From Eledone cirrhosa (Eukaryota): a DNA stretch of 64,000 nucleotides. The stretch is taken from positions 193,998,001 to 194,062,000 of the forward strand of contig OZ024743.1 in assembly GCA_964016885.1 (NCBI GenBank). Reading direction: 5' to 3'. Positions 31,898 through 45,344 of this stretch are shown piece by piece. Every line of letters begins with the position of its first letter. Positions within the stretch are counted from its first letter, which is position 1. The notes beneath the pieces were generated by a model. That model saw only the letters and a list, made by a program, of their open reading frames with translations. It made no database searches and was not told the origin of the DNA. The position numbers and the translations under genes are program-made.

Positions 31898-32774
31898 GAT
31901 TAAATAAATGGAAACTATATTTATAAAACCATATTTATTTTATTATATATATTTCAAGGGTACCAAAGGACTTTGGTACGCTTTCTTCAGATAAAATACA
32001 AAGTTTGTTTTATAAATAGAGATATACTCAGGAAAAACCTTATCAGTTGGATATTCTCTGGATAGTGGAAATGTATTAGGGATTTTTCAAACTTATTGGT
32101 GAATATGCAAATGAATATGTAAATAATTGCAAAACTATCATTTATTTAAACGACTATGGAGAGAGAGAAGAGAGAAGAGAGAAGAGAAGAAGGACAAAAT
32201 AGTGTGAGAGAGAGAAGAAGGAAAAAAGCGAAGATGAATAAAAAAAACTCATATAACGTTAATTTGAGGGAAATATATTCGAACAATTATCTATGTATTT
32301 TATGTAAATAAATATGTATTTGAAATTGAGAAAGATTTAAAATTAAATTAAATTAAATTAAATTAAATTAACTGAGTTAAGTAAGACTATTTATATTTAT
32401 ATTTATAATGAAAAAACTCAGGTTTTATTTATTTATTTGTTAGTGTGAGACTATTTAGTTAAAATAAGTATGGATGTTTAAGATACATTTAGCCAGAATC
32501 AGTTAGTGGTTATTAATCTATTAAAAAACTTTTTAATCTTGAGAAAAATTTTGAAAAAATCTTTGAGGAAATAAAAAAAAATCTTTTAAAGAAAATAATT
32601 TTTTAAGAGATAAGTAATTTTTAAAGAAATAAAAAAAAAATTATTATCCTTTTAATAACACATTATTAAGATATATATTTACATATATACATAGATAATT
32701 GTTCGATATTTCCCTCAAATTAACGTTATATGATTTTTTTTTTATTCATCTTCGCTTTTTTCCTTCTTCTCTCC

Positions 32775-32840
<66 letters not shown>

Positions 32841-33245
32841 ATTTTGTCCTTCTTCTCTTCTCTCTTCTCTCTCTCCATAGTCGTTTAAATAAACGGTTGT
32901 TTTACAATTATTTACATATTCATTTGCATATTCACCCATAAGCTTGAAAAATCCCTAATACATTTCCACTATCCAGAGAATATGCAACTGATAAGGTATG
33001 ATTTTCATGGGTATGTCTCTATTTATTAAAACAAACTTTGTATTTTATTTGAAGAAAGCGTACCAAAGTCTTTTGGTACCCTTGAAATATATATAATAAA
33101 ATAAATATGGTTTTATAAATATAGTTTCCATTTATTTAATATCATTGAATATTTACTCCAGGAAACTGCTGAGTGCTCTAAATCAGTTATACATATTTAT
33201 ATTTATATTTGTCGGATTTCCAACAAATTAAGTACCTCTTCTACT
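31898..33245. mobile_element. Inverted pair of family A modules; HHRs at 31936-31998 (-) and 33041-33103 (+)
   Basis: About 31898-32290 is the reverse complement of about 32690-33138; CTGAAGA and TTGAAGA cores. Confidence 0.8.
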
Positions 33246-33257
33246 TATATTTATATA

Positions 33258-34020
33258 TATAAACATGTAAGTCCAAAGAATCATTAGATAAAATATATAC
33301 AGTATTTCCTCTCCCTATCAGTATAAATTAACCGCACAAAAAATCATTTAAACGAGGCTATAATATTAAATGTGCTTATGAAGAAATAATAGACAAATGA
33401 TACACATTCCTTTCCGCGATGTACAACCATATGAGATTTACCTAGTATTTCTCCTAGCCTGTAGAAATTGACTAGACAAATAGTTAACTACACGGAATTA
33501 GGTACAACATTGAATTTAGAAGAATAAATGCACATAAATATTACCAAAATTCTCATCGTCTCTACCAACCGGTGGTTTCGTTCCACTTTTTGGATATATC
33601 CGGTCTTGCATCCACGAGGTTCGGAACTCATCAGGAGATATCCCATACTGGACAAGGATTCTTCTACCATGATCCCCCACAGAAATGAATTCAAAATGGC
33701 TAAGAACCATCACGTGGCCAGTGGTCAAGGCAGAAAGTTTGTGACTGGTGCATGTCGGCGAGTAGGCTGGTTGCTAGAAAGCGCAGCCGACTACTGCCTA
33801 AAGTTTTACTCAATCTTACGGGAGTATATATTAAATTCAAAGGGTATATATATATAAATTAGACAAAGTTATAGATACATATATGCGTGTGGCAACCATT
33901 CACGGTGTGGCTCAATGAAGAATTAATTAAATAATTAATCAGAGCAATTTATAAAAATGTAAGTCCAAAGAATCATTAGATAAAATATATACAGTATTTC
34001 CTCTCCCAATCAGTATAAAT
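33258..34020 (-). mobile_element. Retrozyme-like element, 692-bp unit, about 1.1 copies; diverged relative of the 664-bp unit
   Basis: Terminal direct repeat with period 692; colinear similarity to the 664-bp unit. Confidence 0.8.
33558..33639 (-). ncRNA. Type I hammerhead with long helix II
   Basis: atctc CTGATGA gttcc....ggaac GAAA cca ccggt tg GTA gagac. Confidence 0.85.
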
Positions 34021-34046
34021 ATATATATATCTACATATATTTATTC

Positions 34047-34113
<67 letters not shown>

Positions 34114-34119
<6 letters not shown>

Positions 34120-34540
34120 TAAGAGGAATTCCAACTTTGTCTGATTTACTCGTTTTATTTACAATCCTTTAAAATATATATAATATGGTATTATAATGAA
34201 ATAGTATGATAGAATATTAAATTCTAAGTGTTAATTGAACAAGTACTTTCATGCTTTCGCAATCTGCAGGTTCATGATATGTGGTGACAGTCGAGTTTGC
34301 AATTTTCAACTCGACTGTCACCACATATCATGAACCTGAAGATTGCGAAAGCATGAAAGTACTTGTTCAATTAACACTTAGAATTTAATATTCTATCATA
34401 CTATTTCATTATAATACCATATTATATATATTTTAAAGGATTGTAAATAAAACGAGTAAATCAGACAAAGTTGGAATTCCTCTTATTAATATAATCTTCT
34501 ATACACAATCATACACACCCGTGTATATTTACCTATCTAT
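34114..34540. mobile_element. Head-to-head pair of pLTRs of the 7911 PLE, without an ORF; HHRs at 34236-34274 (-, mutated CTGCAGA) and 34331-34369 (+)
   Basis: Arms nearly identical to 7911-8103 and 9460-9655; centre at about 34303. Confidence 0.88.
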
Positions 34541-34561
34541 ATATATATATATATATATATA

Positions 34562-34783
34562 TGATGGACGATCGACTTTCGTCAAATCGGACCGAGGGAA
34601 TAATGTTTCCGTTGGTCTTTCCAATTGCTAATACTATCTATCGGTCGCAACTCCAGGTAGAAGGAGCAACGTGAAATAAAGTGTCTTGCTCAAGGACATA
34701 ACGCATCGCCTGGTCCAGGAATCGAACTCACAACCTTACGATCGTGAATCCGATTCTCTAACCACTCCGCCACACGCCTTCAC
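34562..34783 (-). mobile_element. Second tRNA-derived SINE family
   Basis: Minus strand: ggcgtgtggcggagtggttag (A box)..gagttcgattcc (B box)..gtccttgagcaagacact; near-identical copy at 55800-56020. Confidence 0.85.
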
Positions 34784-34929
34784 ATATATATATATATATA
34801 TACATACGGAATGACCAGTTCTATCCAGTGGTAAACCAACAAACCTAAATAAATACACACACATATATATATATATATATATAGTAATAATAATAAATTT
34901 GCTTAAACTTTAATCTGTTATTTTAATAA

Positions 34930-35017
<88 letters not shown>

Positions 35018-35021
35018 ATAT

Positions 35022-35237
35022 AGTAATAATAATAAATTTGAAGCCTAAAATCCAAAGAGGGCTCGATAAGGATAAATATATATCAAATATATAAGAACCG
35101 TAGAGCAAATATTTATTAAAATAACAGATTAAAGTTTAAGCCAAGAATCGCTGCTTTCACCCTTAACGGGATCTTCTGAAGATCCTGTTAAGGGTGAAAG
35201 CAGCGATTCTTTGCTTAAACTTTAATCTGTTATTTTA

Positions 35238-35242
<5 letters not shown>
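35022..35242. mobile_element. Fold-back short element with HHR-like remnant
   Basis: Palindrome centred at 35177 within CTGAAGA tcc.gttaagggt GAAA; no clean NUH triplet. Confidence 0.55.
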
Positions 35243-35278
<36 letters not shown>

Positions 35279-35376
35279 AAATTGAGGTTGGTAATGGCAC
35301 ATGGAATATATAAGAGACAGAATACTTTTTTGTGAAAAAACATAATTTTATAAGGTAAGGAAATAATAAAGGGTAT

Positions 35377-35427
35377 AAAAAATGACCGGTTTCGATGGGT
35401 CTGCAAAAGCCATCTTTTCAAATGTTG
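35377..35427 (-). ncRNA. Hammerhead with variant UUGAAAA core
   Basis: aacat TTGAAAA gatgg cttttgcagac ccatc GAAA c cg GTC atttt. Confidence 0.65.
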
Positions 35428-35674
35428 ATTAATATTAAGAAAAATTAATAATACGAAGAGTTAAAATTTGAGACTTGAAAATTCAAGTATAAAATTCATT
35501 GTGGGATTTCATAGCAGTTTTCATCTAGGTAGCAACAACAGGTTGACTGCTGTGTCCCTTTCTGGTAGTGAATGAGAAGTTATTTGGGGTGTGGGTTATT
35601 TTATAAAGGTCAGATTTAGCAATAGCCAGCTGCTGGTCAGTGAGGGGGTGGAAGCAATATATATATATATATAA

Positions 35675-35884
35675 ATGAAGTAATTCCGTCGGAAAAGTCC
35701 AGGAAAAAAGAGTGCTCTGTGTAGGTAACAGAGCTTAATAGTTCTGTAATAAACAACATAAGGCAATTATTTCATTTGCCAGTGGTTTCTTAAAAGCAAA
35801 CAAATGTTGCTTTCAATCATCAGAATGAAAAAATCCTGGTGTATTTATTGGCATTGGATTTTAAAAACAAAAATATAATCTATA

Positions 35885-35915
<31 letters not shown>

Positions 35916-36172
35916 ATGTATGCGTGTATGTATATATATATATATGTATGTATATAATTGTGTGTGTGTGTGTTTGCATGTGTGTTTATTTTTCCTTTCC
36001 TTCTTCCTTTTCCAGCCTCACTTTCATATAGATTATATTTTTGTTTTTAAAATCCAATGCCAATAAATACACCACGATTTTTTCATTCTGATGATTGAAA
36101 GCAAAATTTGTTTGCTTTTAAGAAACCACTGGTAAATGAAATAATTGCCTTATGTTGTTTATTACATAACTA
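35675..36172. mobile_element. Inverted pair with a minimal HHR-like motif
   Basis: 35737-35886 is the reverse complement of 36025-36172; CTGATGA tt GAAA gcaa..ttgc TT. Confidence 0.6.
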
Positions 36173-36189
36173 TATATATATATATAGTT

Positions 36190-36264
<75 letters not shown>

Positions 36265-36433
36265 CATATATATATATATATTGGAAACTATGCTTCGTAG
36301 TATCGAGACATATCCGCGGATCTTGCGATTTCAGAGTCAGGTTTGATCATTTCATCGATTGTGCCTCGAGCTGGTCACCAGAGGAACGATTGTAATGTGT
36401 CTAATAAATCTTATTCGTCGCACCACTGATTCT

Positions 36434-36486
36434 CCGTTTCTTATGTGACACCCGTTTCTTATGTGACACCCGTTTCTTATGTGACA
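36434..36486. repeat. 18-bp tandem repeat x3 (ccgtttcttatgtgacac)
   Basis: Visible directly. Confidence 0.8.
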
Positions 36487-36493
36487 CACACAC

Positions 36494-36671
<178 letters not shown>

Positions 36672-39600
36672 TTAGTTCAGCCCAAGGCTTGTGAATGAAA
36701 TTAGGAAATCGGAAATCGTTTCGATTCCCGTTGCATTGATTGTACCTTAACTTCATGATCAATCACCCCGTGACTGTGGAATGCTCAGTCACTTGCATGC
36801 TAATTTCAAAAGCAGGCTGTTCCGTTATTTAAACAACTGGAATAATCCTTATTGAAACCGACGGAGGTCCATCCCCGCTACCTTCACATAAGATGTACGC
36901 TTTTGTGGTTTTGTATACATACACAAGTATTCAAATACACAAACATATTTCAATTATACTACGTATATATCTTGGTTTTAACATACATGGAGAAACAGGT
37001 GGATAGAATGTTTCATGTGTACAGTAAAATATCAACACTTTTTAAATTTCCATCGCATACATAAGGTTAGCAGCCGGCATTGAAGGGCAGCATAACTTCC
37101 GTTTTAATTTAAGTAAAACATAAATTATAATTTTTGTTTTATATTCATTTCCTTTCTCACCATATAATCCAGATAGGCTGTCACAAAATTTACAATGTCG
37201 ACTTAAAACGACACATTTTCAGTTCATAACAGAAGATAAAAACAACCACAACAGTAACCAAAAATAAAAAGAAATTGAAGCAGAAAAAGTTTATCCCGTT
37301 TTTTAAAATGATTAGTGAAGTGCAGCGACAAGGTGATGTTTCAGGTCATACAGAGGGCTTCAACAGGAAAATGCAATCTGTTAGGCAGTGCAAAATTTTG
37401 GCAGCGACTTCCTGAAGGAATTTATTTAAGAAATATTAGCAAACAGAGACCGGAAGTTGGCAATTTGACGACCGGATAAAAGCCATGAGTTGCCAGTTTA
37501 ACATTTTTTTTAGTGAAATTACAGTTTTATTTTTTCCTTATTGATTTTCTGCTTTCAAATATAGCAATTTGTGAAAGGAAAGAGTATAGTTGATTGAACA
37601 AACTCTCAGTATATATCTTCCATGAACTGATACTATTTTACCAACCCCAGTCGAATGTAACGCAAGTCGATACAGTAGAATTATAACTCATACACGAAAT
37701 ACGAAGCTCAATAATGTCATGCATTATACTGATTTTTTTCATGGAGGAGACGCACTTTTTTACTCCTCAAGATTGATGCCAAAATCCTCATAACCCGATT
37801 ACTCAGAATACAAATAATTGATACGGCAATAACATTTTATCCAAACTTATTTGTCCTAAATAAAAATTCTATTTATACAACGGCGCGTCTTATATTACGA
37901 AACATTCGGTGAATTGAATGGCAGAAGCGGTATAATGCCCATCTAAATGCTTTGCCGTCCTTAGTCATGGGATTTTTGTTCTGAATTCAAATGAATTCAG
38001 GATGTTTCTTTACTTTTCATATTACCTGATCGATGACTGTGTAATGATAGTTGTGTTATTTGGTTGGGTACAGTTTGAGTTTCGGGTTGTCACGTGATTT
38101 TGTTGGTGTTATAGATTATGTAGGCATATATGTTGTGTTATGTTATTGGATGTTATATTATTTAATTGTGATACTATAGAGTTTGTGGTTATTATAAAGA
38201 GTTTGCGTTGTGTGCAAAGTGTGTATTATTTGAGATGTGTTATTGAAGTGGAAGTGTATTCAGTTCCATCTATGTTATGCCCAGCAGGGCCATAATTTGA
38301 GCTGTGTGAAACATTATATTCTGGTTATGATGCTTTTGTACATGTTATTTTATCATACCTACTTCTGTAATTAATATAGGTCCTATTTTTAATTTATTGG
38401 TCAACATCCTAATTGTTCCAATTTAAAGATAAATTTAGCTGAATCCATAGTATACCGTTATTTGTTTCGGCTTTTCGGATTTTTACATTGTGAATTTATC
38501 TCTCCCTGAGGTCAACTTTGCCGAATAGGCGTACAGCTAAATTCGAAAAATGTTGTTTGCACTCTAGAGTGCCTGGAGCCGTATGTAATCAGAGTCGTGG
38601 AATGCAATATTCCTACCGAGGTAACTTCCCCACCTCACTTCTTTATTGGAAGCATCCCAATTCCTTGTATGGTAAATTTTGAACCACTTTTTATTTTGTA
38701 ATGTACTCAACATACGCAAGGCAATAAATTCACTAAAATGCAAGGAGGTTTTGAGAAGGGAAAAGGACAAGACATAGATAATATAATTCAAGGAGATAAA
38801 AGATGACGCTTGATATTGCCTTTGAAATTTTGCAAATTCTAGTGGCCAGGAAGAGAATTCTTTCCTCTTTCAACACATTGTACTATGAATGTCTTCCATC
38901 GTTATTGTATTCCTTGCGTGCAGATGCAGGTATGGCTGAGTTATTGGAAATGTTTACCTTGCAGTTATGAAGTCCGAGATTCGATTGATCTGCGTGTCTA
39001 ATCCTATAGCCTTGCGAATGAAATTGGGCAGACGGAAGATGTGTGAAAGTCCGTTCAACGGTTCAACCTGTAATTGAAAGAACCAGCCATTGTCAGACTG
39101 ATTCCTCTCGAGAATTATATTGTTGGTATTTATGTCTGTGGAATACTCAGTCACTCACACATTTATTCAACCAGTAAAACGTTTAGTTGGTCTAACAAAT
39201 GAATGCTTATCGTCGAATTTGACGGAGGACCCACTACGTGAAATTAGTTTTGAACCTTTCTGATTGAAACGTTTTGTATTAGAGGCATGGACCTTTGTCT
39301 CCAGTAAAGAAATAATAATTTTTATTTCGTGTCTATATCAAATATTTTCACTTGTTTACGCATTCATGCTTACTCTTTGTATTATTCCATCGAAACAGCA
39401 AGGGAAATCAAGCGTTTACGTCGCAATTCCTGCCAGAAATTTTGCACGATGAGTGCTAGCACTATTTTCAATCTTTTGATCTCATTTTCTCCTTTTAATA
39501 AGAGCGTGGTTTTGAAAAGAGATAGAAAAACTCTGGACTAGATGTCGTATAGTATTTATTTTCATATCTCTACCTCCAATTTTCCCTTTCCACCAAGGAC

Positions 39601-40666
39601 ATTGTTTTCAATCATTCTGAAACCGATGAAAACAAATATCAGTAATATGCTGGAGTTAATTCAGTTGATTGTGTGTTTCCTCCTATAATTATTAAAATTT
39701 TGTCTGGGGAAAAGAAATCATTATTGTTACGTTTTCAAACAAATCAATTTCTCCAGAAAAACTTGCTGGTTGTTACACTAAACGATAGATTCCGTGATGT
39801 TTATTCTTACTAGACAAACTCAGTATATATTATGACATTGGGTCACCGTGACATTTTACACTGGAGTTTCTTGTGAAATAATATTGTCTTATATATGAAT
39901 ACACAATGATTTGATAATTTAAAAACAATTGATAAAAAGAAGTGGGAAATAGACAGGAATTGGAAAAGAAGAATACATTATTAAAAAGACAATGAGTATT
40001 CAAGGAAGGAAGCGAACAAAACAAAACAAAAAAAAACCAACCTTTATCTTGCATTCTGAAACTATTCAAAACTTTCTGCGGAATGGAATGTGTATTTTGT
40101 TGTTGCTGTTGTTGTAGTTATTCCATTGCATGTTTGAAGTTATTTTGCTCTGTATCTCTGTTACATTTCCTAACCTCGGTCTATTTAATTTAACCAACCA
40201 AAATGGAAATAATCGAAATATTTTCAAAAGAAATAATTTTAAATGAATACATTAAGCAGTATGCCTGGAAGATGTTAGAACTTCATCTACTAATCTAATT
40301 TAAAACCAAATCGGAGAATGCCGAGTTAATAAAGTTATTTTCTGCATTTTTTTCTAATTTCTCTCATGATTGAATCCATAACTTTGTCAATTGAAAAGCT
40401 TGAAGATAGGATGAGAAGAATATGAGAGGATTAACTAAAATGGCCTTCATTCGTTTCATTGTTTGATCTTTTTTTTATGTCACCCAATTATAATCCGAAG
40501 GAATTTTAGTCTTTTTTCTTATCAATAATTTTTCATTACATTCTTGCATTGCAAATAATAGGAATGTGTTTGTCTTCGAAATTTAAAGTAACTGATTATT
40601 AAGGCTTCATGAAATGAATGAAGATTATAGTTGATCGATGCGTTTATAAACAGAAACAAAATCCTC

Positions 40667-40741
<75 letters not shown>

Positions 40742-40923
40742 CCGATCCATTTATCTATTTATCTACCTATCTATCTCTCTATCTAGCAATTTATCGGTCG
40801 ATCTATCTATCTATCGATCTAGCCATCAATCAATTTATTTATCTACCTATCTATTTATTTATCTATGTGGACACTTACATACACAAACACACACGTTTAT
40901 ATAAATGCCATTATACAAACACA

Positions 40924-40992
<69 letters not shown>

Positions 40993-42233
40993 GTAATGGA
41001 ATGCTATGCCTGTCGTTTGCTTGAGAACTGAGAACTAAGAACTACTTTGCTGCAGCCTTTCTCCAATAACAAATGGATCCGATTGTTGTATATAACGTCG
41101 TCTATTGAATGTTTTATATGAACCCTCTCCGCCACACTTCATATTGATGGAATAGAAAGAGAAACAGAGAAATAGTTTCCCCAATGCGAATTTCTCTAAA
41201 TTATTCCTTTCACGAGAATATATTGCATCATGTAAATATTACCATGGGATGCGGTTATCTCTATTTAATCTACGCAGTTTCCAGTGAAATTCTTTGTTCT
41301 TTGCTTTAGAACTAAGAAGGCAGTTTATCCAAGTGGATAAAAGCTATTTGTTTGTATACCACTGGGTAACGATGGAAAAATCAAGCTTTTTATGAATGCA
41401 TGTCGGTTGAGTATGACGGCTTGAATAGTCACGTGAGAATAAGAGAGAAGGCTTAATCAGCAAAAGGGAATATAATAACATGTTGCGTGAGCAGAGAGGA
41501 AACGAATGAAGGAAAACAATATCTATTCCTCTTACCTTTCTATTTGTTTTCCTCTGTATTTTTCTTCTTATTTCTTTACTAACTTGTTCTTTTCTTCTTA
41601 TTATTATTCTCTATTTTCCCCATGATATTCTGATGGTGTTTATTTCTTCTTTCTTATTCCATTCACCTTTCTTTTACGTTCCACTTTCTACCTTCTACCT
41701 TCTCGTTCTTTTCTCTATTTTCATTTCCGTCTCTTCTTCTTCTTCTTCTTCTTCTTCTTCTTCTTCTTGCTCTCTATTTCCTCCTTACTTTTCTTTCTCT
41801 ATGTGTTCTCTGAAAGTACTACTAAATTAAAGCCCGATTAACTGTAAAGAGAAAATTCGAATTAATCATGATAATCTGAACAATATGATTGGTGAGAATT
41901 CAATATTTCTTGCAAACTCTAGGCATTTAAGACGCAACAAAAAATATATGAAGCTGTCAAAAAATAGAGATATAAAAGTAAATAATTGCTTTGGTTCTAC
42001 ACTTTATCTAATCGCAGGTAAATATATCTCGTTTAAAATGACGCAAAACCATGACCGTTGGACAGGAAAGGCTTAACTATACACCCGAGTTTTGTTTATC
42101 CATTATATTCTTTCTTTATACATCACTGAATGACTGCACAGAAATAATGTGCGTGCTTTTCTAACAAAATATACAAATACTCTATGATGTTAATGTGTTG
42201 CTATTTTCAAATGTAGCTCTTAATATGTAATTA

Positions 42234-42275
<42 letters not shown>

Positions 42276-42625
42276 AAACATTTTGCTATATTTAAACGTA
42301 TCATTCTTTTTAAATGCTAAATTATTGTTGCTGTGGAGGCGCAGGTCAGCTTTGATCGATCAGATCTACAGCACGAAGGTAATCAGTTAAACGAGAGAGT
42401 GAAACGTACATGTCTCTTATTTCAGATGTATTATGCCTCCGCCATGCCTGTGATACCCCTGTTTACACCAACACAACTTATTAAATCGTATATGTAACAT
42501 GTTGTAACTCTTTCTACAGTCCAGTCGTTCCTTTTCTTTCATGCCACATTATATCTGATGGTCGGCAAATATATGATGAGTGATTTATACATATTTATGT
42601 ATGTAAGTAGGCATGTATGTATGTC

Positions 42626-43148
42626 ATGCCAAGTCGCTCTCGAGTGCTACTGGTAACATGTAACCCAGTACAACCTGTCTCATGGTCGAGTCGTCGGCGA
42701 TTAAACCGGCAACCCCACCAAGCTTGCTTGATGAGGAGGGGGATATTTGGACACCTTGCGGGATGAAATGCAAGACCTGGCAAAGGGCGGGGGAACTCAA
42801 CAGATTCACCGGCCATCCAAGTAGTACTTTTTTTTACCTGGGTGTGAAAGGCCCCCAGTTGCTACAACACCTTTCTAGGAGAGGGAAACTCTGAAACAAA
42901 AACCCTGCGGCTTGGGAAGCATCCGATGATGTTGGCAAGTTCTCCTTTTCGGGTAGTGTTTTCGATGCTCACAAAGTGGGACTGTTCGAGTGCAAGGCCT
43001 TTCCCCACTTAAAAAACCTTCAAAGCACAGCCATTGCTTGTTCAGGATATGTTGCAGGTTTGTGTGGCTGGCTGTAGCCTAAAGGTGCACCGTTTTCTGT
43101 AATCTGACAGGCGATTGCAATACTCTTAGCAGAGTTGGCAGCCATGAT
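42626..43148 (+). mobile_element. RTE-type non-LTR element 5' region or derivative within (TATG)n
   Basis: Homologous to the minus strand of 24900-25182; tctaggagagggaaactctga. Confidence 0.55.
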
Positions 43149-44857
43149 GTATGTATGAATGTAGGTAGGTATTATGTATATATATATATGCATTATGTAT
43201 GTATGTATGTATTATGCATGTATGTATGTGTGTATGTATGCATGTATTTTTTTTGTGGAGCGAGCAACTCCTAGTCTTCATGAAGACATCTCTCTAGGAG
43301 AGATATAAAACCTGCAACTTCGTTTGCATCCATTGATGTAGACCAGTTCTTCTTTTTGGGCAAATGCATTTAATGTTCAGCCTTTCGTCACTTAAAAAAG
43401 CTTCAAGCCTGATATTACTGGCCTTGTGCCTAGTTTAGAAACAGTGATTATTATTGTCGTTGTTTTTGGCGACCTTGTTATTTAGAGTTGCGCTTATAAG
43501 ATATTTTTATATCTCAGGCGATATTATCAGTGTTTTCGTGGGAGTATATTACATACTAATGGCAAGAATTATTGCAGTCTATACTAAATATTAATCACCG
43601 TATTAATAGATGTTTTACATGCTATTTCACATCTCTCTAATTAAGCCAATTGTATAAAGATATATTTTGTCAGAATCGTTATCTATCTCTTAAATGTTTT
43701 GAAGATTGCCTGATATTATCGCTGCCATAAAAAATATATATTGTTTTCTAGTCTAGTGGTGATTAAAATATTCAGAAAAAAATTTTGTTCATTCCAAAGT
43801 ATATATATGTGTGTATGTGTTTGTGTGTGTGTGTCCGTTTCTCTGTGCCTATGTGTATGTGTGTTGTGTATTCATAGCAATGCGGGAAATCAAAATTAAA
43901 AGCAATACAATTAAAATGAAATTCATTGCAAATGTCTCCCATTTTCAAATTAATATCTGAAAATATATTAAATTGTCTATCATACTTTTCGATTAAACTT
44001 TACACCTAACGCTCGAATATCTCAGTCTCTAGCTTTTGTAGATTAATTTATATACTCCATTTTGTTTCAAAAGTGTGTAGTCTACACTTACATGGAATCC
44101 ATACACACTTCATTTATTTTCGTATCGGCCGTGAATTAAAGCTACGAATCATTGAGGATTGATACCTTGTATCTATCAACAGCGATAATTACTTATCTAT
44201 GAATATCAGGGCACTAAAACCATATCACTGAATGCCTGTCTATTCACCAACATTACAAAGCTAAAATATTCTACTACTTATCAAGCGTAAACCTGTGGAT
44301 ATCTCTACAAAGAGCTCAACTTCCAATGCTGAAATTATCTCTTTGAGTCTATCAATCTCAGAGACTTCCACTAAGCAGCAAACCTTTTATAAAGGTTCAC
44401 CTTCAGAATTAGAAACTTGTTCAGAATTCGCTTCTCATTTGTATTTCACTTATGGACGTTATCATAGGATGATGACAACAAATATATTTATATCCACAGG
44501 AACACGCTATAATCACAGGTACATTTCCAAAACGCCTCATTTTACCACTATTTTATTTTACCATCAGTGTGGGAATATAACAATAACATAAATTCCTTTG
44601 ATACACTCATATTTCTGATTATCGTCACTTTCATTATAATCCATATGATACGATATAATACATAGTATATATATTCTTATGTATAATAAGCATGCATAAG
44701 CTTCACTATGAATGTTTTAAGCGGCGATCATATCACAGATATCTCAGTAGCAGACATGTGTTTCTGGATTTTTATCCATCACCAGTGACGTTTACTTACT
44801 CAGCATCTAGACAATATTAAGCTATAGCTTATATACGTTTTACTGGAGATATATAAT

Positions 44858-44965
44858 GATTTCTACTATAGGCACAATGTCATCAATTTTTTGGGGAGGG
44901 GAAAGTCAATTAATTCGACCCCAGCGCATTACTGGTGCTTTATTTTATCGACCAGTAAGGATGAA
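44858..44965 (-). mobile_element. SINE 3' fragment
   Basis: tttctactataggcacaa..ggggaggggaaagtcaattaattcgacccc..ttttatcgacc. Confidence 0.7.
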
Positions 44966-45344
44966 ATCTGGATATATACAATGCGAGCTTCGTTTGCTAG
45001 GATTAATTAGCAGTAGCACTAACTTAGTGTCATAATACTGTTTAATGGTTAGCACAGTAAGCAGTTTTACTAAATTAGCTATTGATATGGTAGGTGCGAG
45101 TTCGATTCCCACGGCTGATGCTGTCCACTTTATTCATCTACCGGGTTAGACTATGTACAACATATGCATTGAACTCTTAACTCAATATGAACAGTTTTAC
45201 TTCGTTTCACTTCATTTATTCTTTTACTTGTGTCGATGATTAGATTGTGGGCATTGTTTTGGTTGATTATATTGACCTCCAGATCTTATTTTATCGATCG
45301 CTATTTAGCCATACTGGTAAGACATAAATACAGACATAAATACT

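Noticed and set aside
37380-37500. ETS-like CCGGAAGT motif as a host promoter
   Set aside because: A single short motif with no linked gene evidence
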